DNA of 63,585 nt, counting the filler, from Salisapilia sapeloensis CBS 127946 (lineage: Eukaryota; Protista; Oomycota), in NCBI GenBank assembly GCA_023334545.1. It is 13 parts of 13 records of this genome, joined end to end, with 100 filler letters (N's around TTAATTAATTAA, not from the genome) between each part and the next. Parts side by side here need not be neighbours in the genome. Positions count along the whole stretch, not along the records: positions 58,937 to 61,677 come from JAADVB010000856.1; positions 61,778 to 63,585 come from JAADVB010001037.1; 11 more parts are not named here. One strand, 5' to 3'. Under the pieces are notes generated by a model. The model saw only the letters and a list, made by a program, of their open reading frames with translations, was not told the origin of the DNA and did not search any database. Both the position numbers and the translations under genes were made by a program. This document shows positions 59,202 to 63,585 of this stretch, in pieces; within the stretch, counting starts at the first letter, position 1; every line of letters starts with the position of its first letter.

Positions 59202-59837
59202 CTAATTTGGATGTTCTGATCTCAGTTTCTGTGAAGCAGGTGGTCCGTAGCGATACCACTGCCTAGTGTCGTCGGGCAAGCGAGCTAGGATAATGGACAC
59301 ATGCGATCGCAAAGACTGCCCAGAAATCTGGAAGCTGCTCCTCGAGTTTATGGCAATGTTGGCTGCCGAGTTAGCCATTCGATTGAATCGTCGAAGGTGA
59401 TGTGTCCACGAACGGATACCTACGGACGCAGCTGACCCCCGGGCCTCTTCATACAGTGATTGTAAATGAGATGCCTTGGGGGAGATATCTTTTTGCATTT
59501 GTCGTAAGATAATAGCACTGTCACCGATCACATGGAGATCGGTTAGGCACAAACGAAGTGTCGTTTTCAGACCAGTTACCAGGCCTCTGTATTCGGCTAC
59601 GTTGCTGGTCGTGGAGGGTGCCGCATAGGAGATGCTTGCAACCCAGATGAGACTTGCTTCCCAAGAGTAAAGATGAGCCTTGCCAATAACTGCGCCAGAG
59701 TCACCAGGATCTGGGTTTCCGCGGCTACCTCCATCGAAGAAGAGGAGATGTATGGTGTTGTCATCTACCGAAGGGGAAGACAGGCCCGGAATTGGGAGGT
59801 TTAGGTAGGACTCAGCAGTGGCAAACATCACCCGCAT
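59202..59837 (-). mobile_element. Archaeal/plant-type RNase H (aRNH) ORF of retroelement origin
   Basis: LFFDGGSRGNP, TSNVAEYRGLVTGL, LHVIGDS, W.HHLRRFNRMAN (the fourth catalytic Asp appears as Asn). Confidence 0.85.
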
Positions 59838-60214
59838 AACCGCTGCCGTCGAATTTTAGTCATTAGAATATTGTCATTGTAGAAACCCTCTTGATAGCGA
59901 AAATCTTTTGTTAAGATGAGCAAGAGAAGTGATGGATGTCCATGGGTCATCATCTAGCCGGTAGTTTAAATTATTTTATTTTTGAAGTTATGTCGGCTAA
60001 CTACACCCAACACCGCGCGAAGCAGCGGCGTTAACTACAGAGAAGTCAAAAGACGACCCTATGGTAGGAGCCCGGGGCTCGATTGAGCAACTGCTCAATC
60101 TTCGCCCGAAAGAAAAAAACGAAAACGAAATCTATAAAGAAAGTGTAAAGAAAGTTGGCGGGTCGGCAAGCTGGCACGATAGAGAGTGACAGCACATAGT
60201 GGTCTCAGCATTGG

Positions 60215-61677
60215 TCAGCTTGACGGTGAAAGTGCTGTACTGAAGTCATCGGGTGGGTCGGGATGTGGAGGCGTTGATGGAGGATTTGTACTTCGGATAG
60301 ACGGAACGAATGCATGACGAGCAAATAATTGCATGGTATTTTGCATATACCTCTCGCGGTCTAGATGCCACGATGTTGACCGTACAGTAAGCTGTTCGAC
60401 CGAAACTGTAATTCTGCGCTGCTGTCTAGACCCTGCTACACGGCTGCGGTCCTGAAGGCGTGCTTGTATGCCGGTGTTGACATCTGCATGCAATGTCATA
60501 AGGTCATTCGCTTCTATCTCTGCGACCGTACGCTGACAGGATACATTCCAATATCGTCTTAAAACCTCCCAGTGTCGAGTGAAGAGACGAGTACGAAGTA
60601 GCTTAGCTCCGCGACGTGTATATGATAATGCTTGACACCACCTCAATGTATCAGCTGCCATTGTAGGAAGTCTACGTCATCCAACTGGTGCTTGGTATAC
60701 CGACGAAAACATTTGAAATAGCGCGCTATACATCGGTAGTGTAGAGAGTTCTAACACAATGGATCGGTGCGGAGTCAAACTAAATATCGGATGGAAGACA
60801 TTAGTATACGGATCAACAGAGGTAGGAAGCGCGTATCGAATCCATGCAGTACTGTATTCTCGCATCAGAGTCGATGACCATACATTCATTGCTCGCACGT
60901 GGTAGTGAGAATCGTATCTGTCGTGGCAGATATATCCAATTTTGATCATCGCTGAATTTGTGGAGTAAACTTCACGAAACTTTGTAGATGCGGATTGAGA
61001 TACTGCTCTATCTGTACGCATGCGCAGAGCTCCGCCTGGAATTTCCGCCATCCAGATTGATCGCAATTTCTCCATAGCCCGTGATTCAGGTTGGTCTAGA
61101 TACACAGTGACCCAGTAGGCATCAACAACAAAACGCTCCATATGATCTCTCATTTCTGCAAGAGTGTCTTCCCACCACCCCAATGTATGAGGCACATACG
61201 TATCGTCAATCCACCATTCCTTACATGTACGTGGATCTGCAAGCTGCTGGTCCAATCGAAGTGGCCATTGAACTCGGATATCCGACGTTGCAGAGTTAGT
61301 CGGCAGCTTAAATATTACCTTCAGATTGTATGGAGAACACTGCCAACGTGGACTTGCCAGAGATGCTGACATAAGATTTGTGCGCTCGCTAGGGCATCAT
61401 GAGCCGACAGATTAGCAGGAAGCCCACCAGTCTGGACTAGCGTGAAGGGAGCGTATGGTACTTCTAGAGCAAAACGGAGTGGATAAAGTCATTCGTATCT
61501 ATCTGAAAGTAAGCACCCAGTTGTTCCCAAGTCGTGACGAAGTTTTCCCGTAGTCCTCTGGCAGCAGTACAATACCAGAAGAGATGTGACATACTTATTC
61601 GTCTGGGACCCTGGTCACGAGGACAGCACGTCGTATGGGGACAGGTAACAACAGATCCGCTTGGATCCCAAAGAGGT
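60215..61677 (-). mobile_element. Decayed non-LTR retrotransposon ORF2 3' region, same family as 54975-56277
   Basis: CPHTTC..SMSHLFWYCTAARGLRENF..WEQLG, then CQHLWQVHVGSVLHTI*R* aligns by eye with the zf-RVT region of contig 10. Contains stops and frameshifts. Confidence 0.7.
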
Positions 61678-61777
61678 NNNNNNNNNNNNNNNNNNNNNNN
61701 NNNNNNNNNNNNNNNNNNNNNTTAATTAATTAANNNNNNNNNNNNNNNNNNNNNNNNNNNNNNNNNNNNNNNNNNNN

Positions 61778-61918
61778 TAACGTCAGTACAAGATGTTTGC
61801 ACGTCTTGCATCGCAGCCTTCGTCGCGTATTACGTTGGTGGATGGCCTACCCCGTGTTAAGTCCGAAGATACCACCATATCCGACCTAGAGGAGGAAAAG
61901 AGGGCTTGGAGCTAAACT
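61778..61918 (+). repeat. Left copy of a perfect 141-nt terminal inverted repeat of contig 13
   Basis: Exact reverse complement of 63445-63585; divergence begins at the 142nd base. Confidence 0.97.
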
Positions 61919-62399
61919 ATCCTAGGAAAAGTAGCTTTAAGGAAGCATCCTGGTGGTGAAAAGTAGTTTCGTATTGATGGAGCAACTTGTAAACTCTGAA
62001 AATACAATCTCTTTTTCAAGAACATACTCTACTTTGTGGTTGGTAGTATCAGGTTCGGTAAGGTTGAGATTGCTCTGTTGCAGTCTTGAATCAACGAATG
62101 CTACTGGCTATAAGGTATTAAATCAAGGGTTTGTCTCGATTTGCCAAACATAAATGGAAGAAGGCAACTCAGATGTCTGCAAGAGTTTAAAGGAAAAGTG
62201 TTCGGTAGATCTGTGCTTTATTGTCAGCTCCGAACTGTCTTCAGTACAAGGGGGTACTGAACAGGCCTGAGACTTCAATGCAGATGGAGCTGGTGGATTT
62301 TTTGAAATTAAGCGTTGCTTTTATCTTTAAGCTTTCAAAAATCTATAAGAATTTCGCCTTGGACGTCTGTGTCATCTGCTCTTAATATACAACGGTGGG

Positions 62400-62760
62400 T
62401 GCTTCCCACTGAATACTAAACTATAGCGCATGTGGTACACTTGTAACTGACAACCGTAGTCAAGTTTCGTCCGTTCCATCGCGGGATGTGTCCAGTTGCT
62501 TCTATTTCTGATGCATCATTATTCCAGATTACCATATTGGCGAGACGCCTCGATGATTCATTCGGTCAATAGATTTGGTGCTGTTTTCGTTTTAGTAAGT
62601 TGATATAAATGCCTCGATTGATCGTCAAAGTGCTATCTTAGTTCTCATACCATCGACCAAGGTTTCTATATCCTTGCGATGATACTACATGTCCGGAACA
62701 AATGGTCCATCGCTTCCTTTGACATCAAGAACCATCTCACCGATAACATCTTTGCGTCTA
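62400..62760 (-). mobile_element. Highly decayed L1-type C-terminal (zf-RVT) remnant
   Basis: KEAMDHLFRTCSIIARI*KPW..V* and MRYSLVFSGKHP resemble the E..DHLF..C..A..IW and W..RN..VF motifs; the Trp codons appear as stops. Confidence 0.5.
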
Positions 62761-63444
62761 TTGCTTCGTAGTGTATCTTGGGCTACTTATACGTGGACTA
62801 TACTAGCGCTAGTGTTGATATTTGTACTGATTGAATCGGAGTGAAAGCCCGACGAAGACAAAATACTTTAAAATAAGACAAGGTTAGCCAGGTTTCGACT
62901 ACTGAAAATTATATGTGGAATTTCAATAGATATTTTCACATGTACTTCACCCGATCAAATATATTTTCCAGTTTACAACGGCTCTTTCAAGAAGCTAGTA
63001 GGCACTACTCATGGCCATTGACTGACGATTGTGCCCATCGCTTTTCTACTAGGACCTTACATTTAATGTAACTGTGTAGGATTTACTTACCTGCGTCGCA
63101 AAGACAGGAATGAGGTAGGACATGGTACCGATGGCCAAAGTTGGACATGGACTGCCATACAATTGCAGATCGAACCTACACTCTCGCGAAGCTCTGCGAG
63201 CAAACATGCTCACAGCTTTCGCCCGCAGTAAGGACAAGCGCACAATGAATCAGGGCAATGCTTCTCTATGCTGCTTCCAATTTAGGAGCCATCGTCAAGA
63301 GCAATCTTTGCAGCATTGCTCGCAATCTAGATCTATGATTTTAATTGTCATACATCGATTTCGATATCCATTTACCGCTACTGTGTATCTTCACATTGAA
63401 CTATCTCGATAAAAATGTCATAACTACATCTCCATATCTAACAC

Positions 63445-63585
63445 AGTTTAGCTCCAAGCCCTCTTTTCCTCCTCTAGGTCGGATATGGTGGTATCTTCGG
63501 ACTTAACACGGGGTAGGCCATCCACCAACGTAATACGCGACGAAGGCTGCGATGCAAGACGTGCAAACATCTTGTACTGACGTTA
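63445..63585 (-). repeat. Right copy of the 141-nt terminal inverted repeat
   Basis: Exact reverse complement of 61778-61918. Confidence 0.97.

Noticed and set aside
61778-63585. Complete DNA transposon or MITE with 141-bp TIRs, or a linear plasmid/virus end
   Set aside because: There is no transposase, polymerase or TSD. The repeat length equals that at contig 2's ends and a common assembler k, so the true repeat boundaries are unknown.

Overview
Eukaryotic DNA, almost certainly an oomycete (stramenopile): it has elicitin-like genes, an APS kinase-ATP sulfurylase-pyrophosphatase fusion, CCAAT (TGATTGGCT) promoters, short GT-AG introns (mostly ~45-80 nt) and flagellar genes (IFT80, CCDC113). 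The window is not one locus. It is 13 unrelated contigs joined by 12 artificial 100-nt spacers (44N-TTAATTAATTAA-44N): 1-11084, 11185-27703, 27804-43658, 43759-44922, 45023-47330, 47431-48727, 48828-52260, 52361-53500, 53601-54874, 54975-56313, 56414-58836, 58937-61677 and 61778-63585. The three long contigs are gene-dense housekeeping DNA; the short ones carry gene fragments and decayed non-LTR retrotransposons. No prokaryotic operon, CRISPR array or defence system is visible. The best leads are: (i) unusual domain architectures (a CDCA7-like helix plus a DUF3427/SRA-like domain; pseudo-receiver + Di19 zinc fingers + Nudix; cNMP + GAF + PI3K; a membrane-anchored PAPS synthase; a multi-KOW protein); (ii) a 16.5-kb block bounded by an inverted duplication of an Mpo1/DUF962 gene; (iii) structured ends of retroelements. 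Two contigs end in inverted repeats that are identical for exactly 141 nt, which points to an assembler k-mer boundary. All family assignments come from motif recognition by eye, not database searches, and the boundaries of multi-exon genes are approximate.
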